DNA of 64,000 nt from positions 64,001 through 128,000 of the IMG/VR virus record IMGVR_UViG_3300032315_001604; one strand, written 5' to 3'. This document shows positions 20,493 to 29,282 of the stretch, one piece after another. This stretch comes from a virus. A model generated the notes under the pieces. The model was not told where the DNA came from. It saw nothing but the letters and a program-made list of their open reading frames with translations, and did no database searches. The position numbers and the translations under genes are program-made. How positions within the stretch are numbered: position 1 is the stretch's first letter; every line of letters begins with the position of its first letter.

Positions 20493-21385
20493 AGTGGTTT
20501 TAAATTTTTTGTCAACTCCATAAAAAGAGGAGTTATTTTTCCTCCTGCTGCATAAGTGTGTCCTGCCCCTTCACAAAACTTTTCAGCAAATTTATTCAAA
20601 TCTATGGGATTTTTATCTTTCCTTTGTCTTAAACTGACTTTTTGTGTTTTACTGTTAATGAAAAAGAACAGATCTGGATCATATTTTCTCATCAAAGAAT
20701 CCATAACCAAATTGTTTAAAGAATTTGTTAATACTCCCATTGTATCTTTTTTAATTCCTTTAATTTCTAAAGAACCAAAAAATTTGGGACACGATTCTGC
20801 TTCTTTTGAAGCAAGACTTTTAACATTTTTAATCCTATTTTTTTGATTTTCTGAAAATGGTTTAAATCCTTGTTTATAATCATGAATAAATTTAACAAAA
20901 TTATTTTTATATTCAGTCCAAAAAAGAATATTTAAATCATAAGACTCTTCAAATTGAAGTTTAAATGAATCATAATCATCAGTTAAAAGTATTAATTTTT
21001 TCTGTTCATTTGAAAGAGAAGGTGCTTTATCTGCAAAATGTTTTCTTATTAAAAGAGAATTCGAACTAGTTTCACTATAAATGATTTTTGCTTTTTTAAA
21101 ACGATTTACGAAGTTTTCAGAACTTTTATGATGGTCTATAAAAGTAATATATTCTTTATCTAAATCTGATACAAAACTTTCTCTTAAAGAAAGATCAAAA
21201 ACATATATATTAGGAGGAGGGATATTTATAGTTCTGGAAATAAAACTCTTGATTTCATCTGTTTGTAAATTATTGATGTTATTAAATGTGATAGCATCGT
21301 TTGGGTGTGACCACAGAAAAGTCAATAAACTCACAGCACCATCTAGGTCATTGTGAGTAAAAATCTGATTCATATTTTTCTGCAT
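20489..21385 (-). CDS. DHH/DHHA1 phosphoesterase
   Basis: THNDLDGAVS, FIDHH and GAGHTYAAGG; an alternative start exists at 21373. Confidence 0.85.
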   Translation of the reverse strand: MQKNMNQIFTHNDLDGAVSLLTFLWSHPNDAITFNNINNLQTDEIKSFISRTINIPPPNIYVFDLSLRESFVSDLDKEYITFIDHHKSSENFVNRFKKAKIIYSETSSNSLLIRKHFADKAPSLSNEQKKLILLTDDYDSFKLQFEESYDLNILFWTEYKNNFVKFIHDYKQGFKPFSENQKNRIKNVKSLASKEAESCPKFFGSLEIKGIKKDTMGVLTNSLNNLVMDSLMRKYDPDLFFFINSKTQKVSLRQRKDKNPIDLNKFAEKFCEGAGHTYAAGGKITPLFMELTKNLKPL

Positions 21386-21407
21386 AGGAGTATTTAATCA
21401 CCTATGA

Positions 21408-22802
21408 TCATTTTTCATCATCTAAACTTAAACTTTCTATAAGATCTAAAGTACTGGTTACGTTAGGATTACTATCTTTTTTTAGGTTGCTTGGAATCGT
21501 TCCTTTAACAACAAAGGATTTAGCAACATCGTCTGGATCTCGTAAAGATAATGTTTCATAATCAATTTCTAAAACCGTATGGCATTGTCTAGGACCAAAC
21601 CTATTTTTGACAATACCCATATGAATAATACCTAATTCAAAATCTTCAGCTTCGGTCCAAATTGAAATCTGTGCATCTACTGTATGAGAAAGACCCATAG
21701 ACTCACTAGTCATATCCATATCAGGATTTGGTGTTTGAAACGCAGATCTATTAGCTTGTGTTGCAGATATAATCGGACAACTAAAATGATAAGATAATGC
21801 TCTTACTTGTTCTGTAATTTCTTTTATTGATTCGTATGAATTTAGTCCTTTGGTATTTGGTGCGAGCAAATTTAAATAATCCAAAACGATTGCATCTGGA
21901 TGAATACCTTGTTTGTTAAGTTTTTCAATATAGGATTTGATCTGTAAAGGTGATACTGTTTTGGTTGGAAATTCTTTAATGACCAATTTGGAATTTTGAT
22001 TTTTAATTTTATAAGAATTTAAATATTTTTTAAGAGGATCAATTTGCAATGACAAATCTTTGAATGGAATTTTAGAAAGCTGTGCGCTAATACGACGAGC
22101 ATAAATTTGTTCTGGCATTTCCAAAGAAATTAATAGAACTGTTTTATTTTGACTTAAAAGATTTGTTGCAATATTGCCCAAAAATATAGACTTTCCAACA
22201 TTTGTTACACCGAAAAATACATATAATGCTCTTCCATCTGCCATGAATCCACCGCCGAGTTTATCATCCAACCAATTCCAACCAGTAGGTATAACTTTAA
22301 ATACTTTTTGAATATCTGCACAATGTTGATCGATAGATTCTAAATAATCGAATCCTAAGTTATCTACCAGAGAAATATTACATGCATTTTCAAAATCTTT
22401 TAAAATTTTAGATGCGTCTATTTCTCCTGTTTGGATATCTAAAGACGTTTTAAGTACAGTATTTAAAACTGCTTTTTCTTTTAAAAATCTTTCTGTATTT
22501 TTAAGTAGAACCTCTTTATCGTATTTTTTATCCAGCGACTGAATGAGTAATATAGTCTCTTTTAAAGCTTCTCTTTTATCTTGATCGATTAAATGTGCTT
22601 TAAGTTCAGTTACATTCGGAGTTTTAGAAAACTCTTTATAATAAGAAAGCAAACAATCAAATATTGTTTTTATGCTCTTATTCTTAAAATAAGAAGGTTT
22701 GACATGACTGATGATTGTTTCTAAATACGATTGATCAAACAATGCATTGTAAATTACAATCTTTTCAAAAAGATCTAAATCTAATGGCAACTGCTTGTTC
22801 AT
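21408..22802 (-). CDS. gp41: Replicative DnaB-like helicase
   Basis: GVTNVGKS, LLISLEM, IVLDYLNL, ISATQANR, SESMGLSHTVD and VKNRFG. Confidence 0.92.
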   Translation of the reverse strand: MNKQLPLDLDLFEKIVIYNALFDQSYLETIISHVKPSYFKNKSIKTIFDCLLSYYKEFSKTPNVTELKAHLIDQDKREALKETILLIQSLDKKYDKEVLLKNTERFLKEKAVLNTVLKTSLDIQTGEIDASKILKDFENACNISLVDNLGFDYLESIDQHCADIQKVFKVIPTGWNWLDDKLGGGFMADGRALYVFFGVTNVGKSIFLGNIATNLLSQNKTVLLISLEMPEQIYARRISAQLSKIPFKDLSLQIDPLKKYLNSYKIKNQNSKLVIKEFPTKTVSPLQIKSYIEKLNKQGIHPDAIVLDYLNLLAPNTKGLNSYESIKEITEQVRALSYHFSCPIISATQANRSAFQTPNPDMDMTSESMGLSHTVDAQISIWTEAEDFELGIIHMGIVKNRFGPRQCHTVLEIDYETLSLRDPDDVAKSFVVKGTIPSNLKKDSNPNVTSTLDLIESLSLDDEK

Positions 22803-22808
22803 TGTAAG

Positions 22809-22836
22809 ATTATAAAGTGTTTTTTATAAAACACAA
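22809..22836 (-). promoter_or_regulatory. sigma70-like promoter for gp41
   Basis: TTGTGT-N16-TATAAT, 6 nt before the ATG. Confidence 0.6.
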
Positions 22837-22840
22837 TCTA

Positions 22841-23941
22841 TTACAAATCTTCTTTTTTAAATTTTAATTCGGTTTGAAGTTTTTCTTCAAGTTTTGGTAA
22901 AATTTTTGACCATACTTCGTCATTATCTTTCCAATCTTTATAGAAGCCTAAAACCTCTTCGCCAAGAGCATATCTATGGCCTTGTTTATGAAGAACCTCA
23001 TATCCTTCAGCCATTTCAAGCAATCCTGAATATTTGGAAATACCTGATCTGAAATTAAGATACATTTCACATTCTAAAAATGGAGGAATGAATCTATTTT
23101 TTGTTGTAAGTGCTCGCATAGTTAAGCCATTAACATCTTTAGAAAGCGGCGTAACATCTTCTGTTGCATTTTTGTTATCGGATCTACTAACTCTTTCTTG
23201 TTTTGTTGCCATCTGTACAAGAACAGAAGACATATACAACGGACCAGAGCCTCCCGATTGGCTTTTAACTAGCGTAGGATACAATGCACCTGGATTATCA
23301 TATGTATGGTTTGTAAAGACAATTGGGCAGTTTGCTTTTGCTGCGGCATGAGTTATAGCACGAAGCATACTTTTAAGAGAAACTGCTCTAGCACCCATAT
23401 CTGCTGAGTCTTTACCATCTTCAATAATTTTGGCCTCTCTTGCCGAAATTAAATTTCCAAGAGAATCAATTGCAATAATAACTTTACCTTGTAATCCTTT
23501 TTCAACAACTGTTTTTAGAAACTTAACCATTTGATTTCTACATTCTTCAATGATTTCAATCGGACAATGTTTAATTTTACTAGGATCACATCCCAAATTT
23601 TCTGCGGTGTCTTTATCTAAGGCGTTTTCTGTATCAAAATAAACGACATGCATACCCTTTTTCTGAGCATTTGCCATGATTTTATTGACCATTAATGTTT
23701 TACCACAAGCTTGTGGTCCTGCAAATCCTGTAATTCTTCCTACAGGGATTCCGCCATATAAAGAACCTGAAATAATAGCATTTAATGCCATACATCCAGT
23801 ATCAATCCACTCATTTACAGTTGATAAACTGTTTTCATCAAGGAAAGTTGCATCTGGATTTAAATCATCAAGAATTTTAAAAGCATCTTCAATTGACCCA
23901 TCATTAAAATTATCATTAATTTCTTTTTTATTTTTAGCCAT
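22841..23941 (-). CDS. uvsX: RecA-like recombinase
   Basis: WIDTGCMALNAIISGSLYGGIP, GPQACGKT, YFDTENA, IAIDSLGNL, VFTNHTY and SGGSGPLY. Confidence 0.92.
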   Translation of the reverse strand: MAKNKKEINDNFNDGSIEDAFKILDDLNPDATFLDENSLSTVNEWIDTGCMALNAIISGSLYGGIPVGRITGFAGPQACGKTLMVNKIMANAQKKGMHVVYFDTENALDKDTAENLGCDPSKIKHCPIEIIEECRNQMVKFLKTVVEKGLQGKVIIAIDSLGNLISAREAKIIEDGKDSADMGARAVSLKSMLRAITHAAAKANCPIVFTNHTYDNPGALYPTLVKSQSGGSGPLYMSSVLVQMATKQERVSRSDNKNATEDVTPLSKDVNGLTMRALTTKNRFIPPFLECEMYLNFRSGISKYSGLLEMAEGYEVLHKQGHRYALGEEVLGFYKDWKDNDEVWSKILPKLEEKLQTELKFKKEDL

Positions 23942-23947
23942 ATTTAT

Positions 23948-23975
23948 ATGATAACAAAAAAGGCCGAAAAGTCAA
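23948..23975 (-). promoter_or_regulatory. sigma70-like promoter for uvsX, embedded in a terminator hairpin
   Basis: TTGACT-N16-TATCAT, 6 nt before the ATG. Confidence 0.55.
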
Positions 23976-23994
23976 AAACTTTTCGGCCTTTTTT
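23956..23994. terminator. Intrinsic (potentially bidirectional) terminator
   Basis: Perfect 17-bp inverted repeat AAAAAAGGCCGAAAAGT-caaaa-ACTTTTCGGCCTTTTTT, with a T-run on each strand. Confidence 0.8.
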
Positions 23995-24009
23995 TACTTC
24001 TTATTTTTT

Positions 24010-24399
24010 TTATTCGTCAAACAGATTGATTACACCGCCTTGATCTTGTTGTTGAGGTTGTGGCGCAACATATGCATTATTGTTGTTAAACATTTGAGTA
24101 TATTGAGTTTGGAGTCTAAAATCCAAAGTTTCAATATTTGAAAGAGTGATTGTATCTTTTTTATAGTGCAAAATTACTTCAGAGCTTTTATCTGCTAAAA
24201 ATTCTCTAAAGAAAAGAGGGAAAAGTTGTACTGACATTTTTCCTGTTTGATCGCCGTTAATCATAATAACAACGGGATTTTTAACATTAAAATTTTTATC
24301 ATCGGTAGAATCTACTTTCTCACCAAGAATGAGTCTGCCAATACTATCCAAAAAGATAATAAGTGATGGTTTAGTTTCTGAGTTATTTTCTGTATTCAT
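24010..24399 (-). CDS. Hypothetical protein (small beta-rich)
   Basis: 129-aa ORF with its own sigma70-like promoter (TTGATT-N16-TATATT at 24409-24436). Confidence 0.55.
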   Translation of the reverse strand: MNTENNSETKPSLIIFLDSIGRLILGEKVDSTDDKNFNVKNPVVIMINGDQTGKMSVQLFPLFFREFLADKSSEVILHYKKDTITLSNIETLDFRLQTQYTQMFNNNNAYVAPQPQQQDQGGVINLFDE

Positions 24400-24444
24400 A
24401 TACTATATAATATAGCAATGATTTATAAAAAATCAATAGTTTTT

Positions 24445-24672
24445 TTATAAAATTGATACAATTTCTTCACCAGCTATTGAAACTAATGTTTCACCGTTGA
24501 TACTTTCAAAAGTGGTTTCTTCGTTTATTTTACCTGTTGTAACTGACAAAGACCCTAAATTGTTTATAATAGAAAGCGGTGCAGTATTTTCTGTTGTGCT
24601 ATAGTTATAGCCATACTTCTTATGAATCATATAAGAAGCATTTCTTTTTTTAAAGTGTTGTATTCTAGCCAC
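24445..24672 (-). CDS. Hypothetical small protein, probably late
   Basis: 75 aa, GTG start, gTAAATA 4 nt upstream. Confidence 0.4.
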   Translation of the reverse strand: MARIQHFKKRNASYMIHKKYGYNYSTTENTAPLSIINNLGSLSVTTGKINEETTFESINGETLVSIAGEEIVSIL

Positions 24673-24679
24673 TATATAT

Positions 24680-25324
24680 TTACCATTCGAGAGCTTCGCT
24701 AATATTTGGAAATATGTCTTTAAACGTATTTTTAAGTTCTATGGCAATTTCTCTATGTTCTTTTTGTGTATCTTGATTGGATCTCAAATCAATATAGTGA
24801 ATCCAAGAACGAATTGAACCTGACATATATAGTGTTGTTGAGGTATTTAAAGGAAGTATTGACCTTGCACATTCTTTTGCAACTCCTTTTGAGATTAAAT
24901 CATTATAAATTTTTATAGAATCTTCTTGCAACTTTTCGATTTTATCGAAAAGTTCAATATGCTCAGATATACTTAAAGGCTCATCGCCTACTTGTCTATT
25001 TGTTTTGCCTTGTTTTCTTAATTCAATTCTTTCTAATTCGGTTGCTGTAGAATATCTTTGACTGAATTCTTGAAAAGAAAAACTTCGATGTCTTAAAATT
25101 TGTGCAGCAATAGCTCTACTGGTTTGAATTTCAAAAGTAGCTGATACCATTTCAAATGGTGACCAATGTTTATGCTTAATAAGATATTTTAATAATTTTG
25201 GTGCAGTTTCTAAATTTAGTTGATTGGATGGATTACTGACTCTTGCACAATAAGAGATTAAATCTTCTGCGTTATTAATTCCATCTACTAATGGTTTTGA
25301 TATTGATATTAATTTAGTTTTCAT
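24680..25324 (-). CDS. thyX: FAD-dependent thymidylate synthase
   Basis: KHKHWSPFE, signature RHRSFSFQEFSQRY, ARSILP and TQKEHREIA. Confidence 0.93.
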   Translation of the reverse strand: MKTKLISISKPLVDGINNAEDLISYCARVSNPSNQLNLETAPKLLKYLIKHKHWSPFEMVSATFEIQTSRAIAAQILRHRSFSFQEFSQRYSTATELERIELRKQGKTNRQVGDEPLSISEHIELFDKIEKLQEDSIKIYNDLISKGVAKECARSILPLNTSTTLYMSGSIRSWIHYIDLRSNQDTQKEHREIAIELKNTFKDIFPNISEALEW

Positions 25325-27897
25325 GAGAATAATTCATTTAAATCTGTAACTTGTTCACAGCCTATAATAGGAACAGGCCATCCAATTGTAACAAAAACTC
25401 TTGCAATAACAGGTGCAACATTTTTTTCAAACATTAACTTGTAATCGGGTTTTAAACAAGAAAAAAACTCTTTTGGATAATCATTTAAAAATGCGACATT
25501 TGTAAAACCTAAAGAGTTTTTTAAACAATACAAAATTTTCATTTTTTCTCCACTACTAATTTTTTGATAAATGTCTGTTATTTTTAACTTTTCAATCAAA
25601 TTGTTATAGTTGATAGCCGCTTTAACGTGATTCGGTGTTCCTTTACCGAATTTATTATTTGAATCAATCATTCTAGAATATTTTTCTAGATTATTAATTT
25701 TTTTTCTTAAAGCTATAATATCAGGTGACATTTGACAAAATTTTTCATAACCTTCTTGAAAAATTCTACTAGCAGTTTTCTTTTCTTTAGAAATTAAAGC
25801 TGTCTCAATAACATTTTTAATCAAATCTTTAACGTCTTTCGATAAGATGGATTTGGCTACTTCTATGCCTTTATATTCAAATTTATCGGTCTTAACGCCT
25901 TCTTTATCTAAAATATGCAGAATATAAAACTTTTTCTTTTGAAGAAGGGCTACATCGCAAATTTTTTCTCTTTTAAAGAAGTATCTACTGTCTATTGATT
26001 TAAATTCATTTTTTGCCCATTCGTTAATTTCTAAATTTAGAATTTTTCCAAATTCTTCGATTAATTTGTTAGCTTCATTAGAAATATTATTGTTATCGTC
26101 CTTTAAAAGAATATTTTTTATTTTAAAAATATCTTTAAATGAAAAGAATTCACTATCCGTATCCTGATATATGCAGATATCTTGCTCTTCTCCTCTAAAT
26201 CCTAAAGTCTTTGCATGTTCATATATGATTTTCGACCCTTGCTTAACAACAGCTTGACCAGAAAGAGTTACGCTTTCGGCATGATCTATATCAAAAAGTG
26301 GTGAATAGATTTGAGAGAAAACACCATAAATTGAATTTAAAAAGACTTTATATACGCTTTCAAGCGTTGTATTATCAACAATTTCTTCTTTTAATAAAGC
26401 TATTTCTTTTTCGTCTGTAGTTTTTTTAAGCTTTTTCTTGGATTCCAACATTTTTGTTTTAGCTGTTACACGTTCTTTATAAAGTTTATCGATTAAATTT
26501 GGTACTATACCTTTAAATTTTTGAGTGTATAAAATATTTGCTTTAGTGATAGAAAGCTTTTCTTTTTCGACTAGTCTATCAAATTTTTCTTTTTCTAGAT
26601 TTACTATTTTTTCATTCGTGAGTTTGATTGTGTATATATTATCTTCTATTTTAAGAATCTTTCCTATTTTTGTTTCGGTAGAAATATTTAAAGTTATGAT
26701 TGTATTGGGATACAGACTGTTGGCATCGTATGTTACAACATCTTCGTATAGACCAGGTTTTGGTTCCAAAACAAAACCTCCAGCAAAACTTTGTTTAATA
26801 TTTTCCACATTAAACGTAGGAATTATTTTTTCTTCTTTTAAAGCTTGATGTGCTACTGCACCAGTAATTAAAGAAACTTTGCCCATAGACTTTTCAAATG
26901 GAATAAATCCTTTATAAGACAAATTTCTAATAAGTTTTAGATATTTTAGCTTCTCTTCTAATTTAATTAAAAGTTTAACGTCTTGAATATTATATTCAAC
27001 AAAAGTTTTCCAATCATTATCTGCTAAATCCGCAAGAGATGAATTAACGTATGCTACTTTACTTTCTCCTAATTCATATTCAGATATATAATTTAAACTA
27101 TAAGATTCTCTGTCTCCTAATGTAAAAGTTTTATAAACTTCCATGTAATCTAAAACACTAATACCATAGATATACCATCTATCAATAGCTTTACCTAGTT
27201 TATTGACTGCTACATTTTCTCTAAAATATAAACGTTGAACAGGAGATAGTTTTCGTGCTTCTTCTTCTCCTAAAATAATAGTAATTCTGTTTATGATATA
27301 AGGAATATCATATCCTGAAATATTCCAACCTGTTATACAATCGGGTGGATCTTTTTGCCAAAAGTCTAAAAATCTTTTTAAGAGGCTTTCTTCATTATGA
27401 CACTTTATATAAATTTCATCAGGATTTTTCGAAATATAATCTTTTTTTAACCCCCATGTATAATATTTTTCATCTATGGAATCATAGACAGTGATCAAAT
27501 TGATAAGATCTGTAGCATCTTTTGGTGAAGCAAACCCATTTTTTCCATACGTTTCGATATCGAAATAAAATATTTTAAGTTTGTTTTTACTGAAGTCAGA
27601 ATTTTCTGATGTATTCTTATATGTATCGAGAAGATATTGTTGCTCGCAATTTAAATTATAAAAAACTCTTTTGATCGTCGTTTCGTTTAAAAATTTACTT
27701 CTTTCAAATTGATTTCTAAATTTCACCTTTTTAAGGGGTGTATTAAAAATTGATACTCCATCTGTACCATTAGTAGATTCTATGTAAATATAAGGCTCAA
27801 AGCTATTTACAATTTTGATTCTTTGACCGTTTTCATCCCATGTCCAAAGATGAATAGCCTCTCCGCGAGGATCATAATAGACGTTTCTATAGCCCAT
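25321..27897 (-). CDS. gp43: Family B DNA polymerase
   Basis: Exo motifs FDIETY, GWNISGYDIPY and YNIQDV; polymerase motifs YDANSLYPN, KVFLNSIYG, YQDTDS and KKKFY; C-terminal DLNELF resembles a clamp-binding motif. Confidence 0.95.
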   Translation of the reverse strand: MGYRNVYYDPRGEAIHLWTWDENGQRIKIVNSFEPYIYIESTNGTDGVSIFNTPLKKVKFRNQFERSKFLNETTIKRVFYNLNCEQQYLLDTYKNTSENSDFSKNKLKIFYFDIETYGKNGFASPKDATDLINLITVYDSIDEKYYTWGLKKDYISKNPDEIYIKCHNEESLLKRFLDFWQKDPPDCITGWNISGYDIPYIINRITIILGEEEARKLSPVQRLYFRENVAVNKLGKAIDRWYIYGISVLDYMEVYKTFTLGDRESYSLNYISEYELGESKVAYVNSSLADLADNDWKTFVEYNIQDVKLLIKLEEKLKYLKLIRNLSYKGFIPFEKSMGKVSLITGAVAHQALKEEKIIPTFNVENIKQSFAGGFVLEPKPGLYEDVVTYDANSLYPNTIITLNISTETKIGKILKIEDNIYTIKLTNEKIVNLEKEKFDRLVEKEKLSITKANILYTQKFKGIVPNLIDKLYKERVTAKTKMLESKKKLKKTTDEKEIALLKEEIVDNTTLESVYKVFLNSIYGVFSQIYSPLFDIDHAESVTLSGQAVVKQGSKIIYEHAKTLGFRGEEQDICIYQDTDSEFFSFKDIFKIKNILLKDDNNNISNEANKLIEEFGKILNLEINEWAKNEFKSIDSRYFFKREKICDVALLQKKKFYILHILDKEGVKTDKFEYKGIEVAKSILSKDVKDLIKNVIETALISKEKKTASRIFQEGYEKFCQMSPDIIALRKKINNLEKYSRMIDSNNKFGKGTPNHVKAAINYNNLIEKLKITDIYQKISSGEKMKILYCLKNSLGFTNVAFLNDYPKEFFSCLKPDYKLMFEKNVAPVIARVFVTIGWPVPIIGCEQVTDLNELFS

Positions 27898-27903
27898 TTT
27901 TAT

Positions 27904-27931
27904 ATTGTCTCATACTTTGCTTAAAAAGCAA
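27904..27931 (-). promoter_or_regulatory. sigma70-like promoter candidate for gp43
   Basis: TTGCTT-N16-GACAAT with an extended TG, 6 nt before the ATG; overlapped by an 8-bp inverted repeat. Confidence 0.4.
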
Positions 27932-27936
27932 AGAGT

Positions 27937-29253
27937 TTAAGCTTTTTGATCAGGGTTATTTTTAATCAATTGTGGTGACTTTTCGTTTCTTTCTTTTGAA
28001 CCAAAAGATGTAAAATACAGAGCTTCGTATTCGTCTAAATGATCTTCTAGCCATAAACCATCAACAAATTTTCTAGATTCCTCGGACATTCTCATATATC
28101 TATCAAAATCGGATGTGATATGATCCAATTGATCAATTAATTCACTACCATTTTTAAATTTTATTTCTGCATCTTCATATGTACATAGATCTTGATAAGC
28201 TCCTGGTATACCTAATGCACCCGCTTCAATCATTTTAATATTGCTTTTTGATTTATTAAAAACATTATCCATTAATGGAGCAAACGCAACGTTACAGTTT
28301 GTATCATATAAACCTTTTGGATAATCAAATAAAGCAGACCAATCGATATATTCCATTTCACCATTATCAATAAATGGTTTTACTGCTAGTGGATAACAAC
28401 CCTTCCAAACAAATTTAAATTTTTTACGAGCTTTAATGATTGCATCTACAACGTGAGCAAAATCATCATTCATTCCTGTTCGGTTTAAGACATCGATATG
28501 CGTTCCTGATCCTGAATATAAAATACGAGGACGTTTTTTATTTTTTTCATATAAACTCTCAATACGTTTTTTATCATAAAACCTATCCAACCAAAATTTT
28601 GGAGGATAATTTGGTATAACTGTTACATTTTTATTTCCAGTTTTAGAAATATAGTAATCTTTCATGTATTTGCATGTGACGGATATTTCATCCATCTCCG
28701 ACATGATTTCTAAAATACTTTTTACGATTGTTGGATCAACAAAAGCATCTTTGCAACGATTATAATCAGGAATATCGTCTTTGAAAACGATATCATCGAT
28801 TTCATAAATTAAACGAAAACCCATTTGTGATCTCGTTTTAGATAGCTCTTTGATAAATGCATTTTGGATTGGTGTAGCCTGTCTTTGCATTCTTATAGCC
28901 TTTAACGGTCCATAAAATCGCATATCGAGTATCATCTGTGTAAGACCTGAAATACATGCTTTATGATATCCGTTTAATAAAAATTCAGGCCATACCATAC
29001 GCCAAAACCCACAACCACCATAATCTGCATAATAGTTTAAAGCTCTTGGTAGATTGGCTTCAGGCATTTCGATTGGCGGTGGTTGTGGGATATGTACAGG
29101 TTGTGGAGCAGCATAACTATACTTCGGTGCTCCTATAGGCATTCCCATCGGAGCAAATGGAATACTCGTTTGTATTGGTTTATATTGAAATACTACGTTA
29201 GAACCATTACTTTGTTCCACAGTAGGAGTATTTGATTTAATTTTTAATGCCAT
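27937..29253 (-). CDS. GT-B fold glycosyltransferase (GT4-like)
   Basis: ADYGGCGFWR, IYEIDD, VIPN, ILYSGS and APLMDNVFNKSKSNIKMIEAGALGIP. Confidence 0.75.
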   Translation of the reverse strand: MALKIKSNTPTVEQSNGSNVVFQYKPIQTSIPFAPMGMPIGAPKYSYAAPQPVHIPQPPPIEMPEANLPRALNYYADYGGCGFWRMVWPEFLLNGYHKACISGLTQMILDMRFYGPLKAIRMQRQATPIQNAFIKELSKTRSQMGFRLIYEIDDIVFKDDIPDYNRCKDAFVDPTIVKSILEIMSEMDEISVTCKYMKDYYISKTGNKNVTVIPNYPPKFWLDRFYDKKRIESLYEKNKKRPRILYSGSGTHIDVLNRTGMNDDFAHVVDAIIKARKKFKFVWKGCYPLAVKPFIDNGEMEYIDWSALFDYPKGLYDTNCNVAFAPLMDNVFNKSKSNIKMIEAGALGIPGAYQDLCTYEDAEIKFKNGSELIDQLDHITSDFDRYMRMSEESRKFVDGLWLEDHLDEYEALYFTSFGSKERNEKSPQLIKNNPDQKA

Positions 29254-29282
29254 AATAAGATTTAATATTTAAAATGTTCTTT

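Noticed and set aside
5779-27897. Introns or inteins in terminase, helicase, UvsX or polymerase
   Set aside because: Protein lengths are ordinary and the motifs are contiguous, with no intein-like insertions or split frames.
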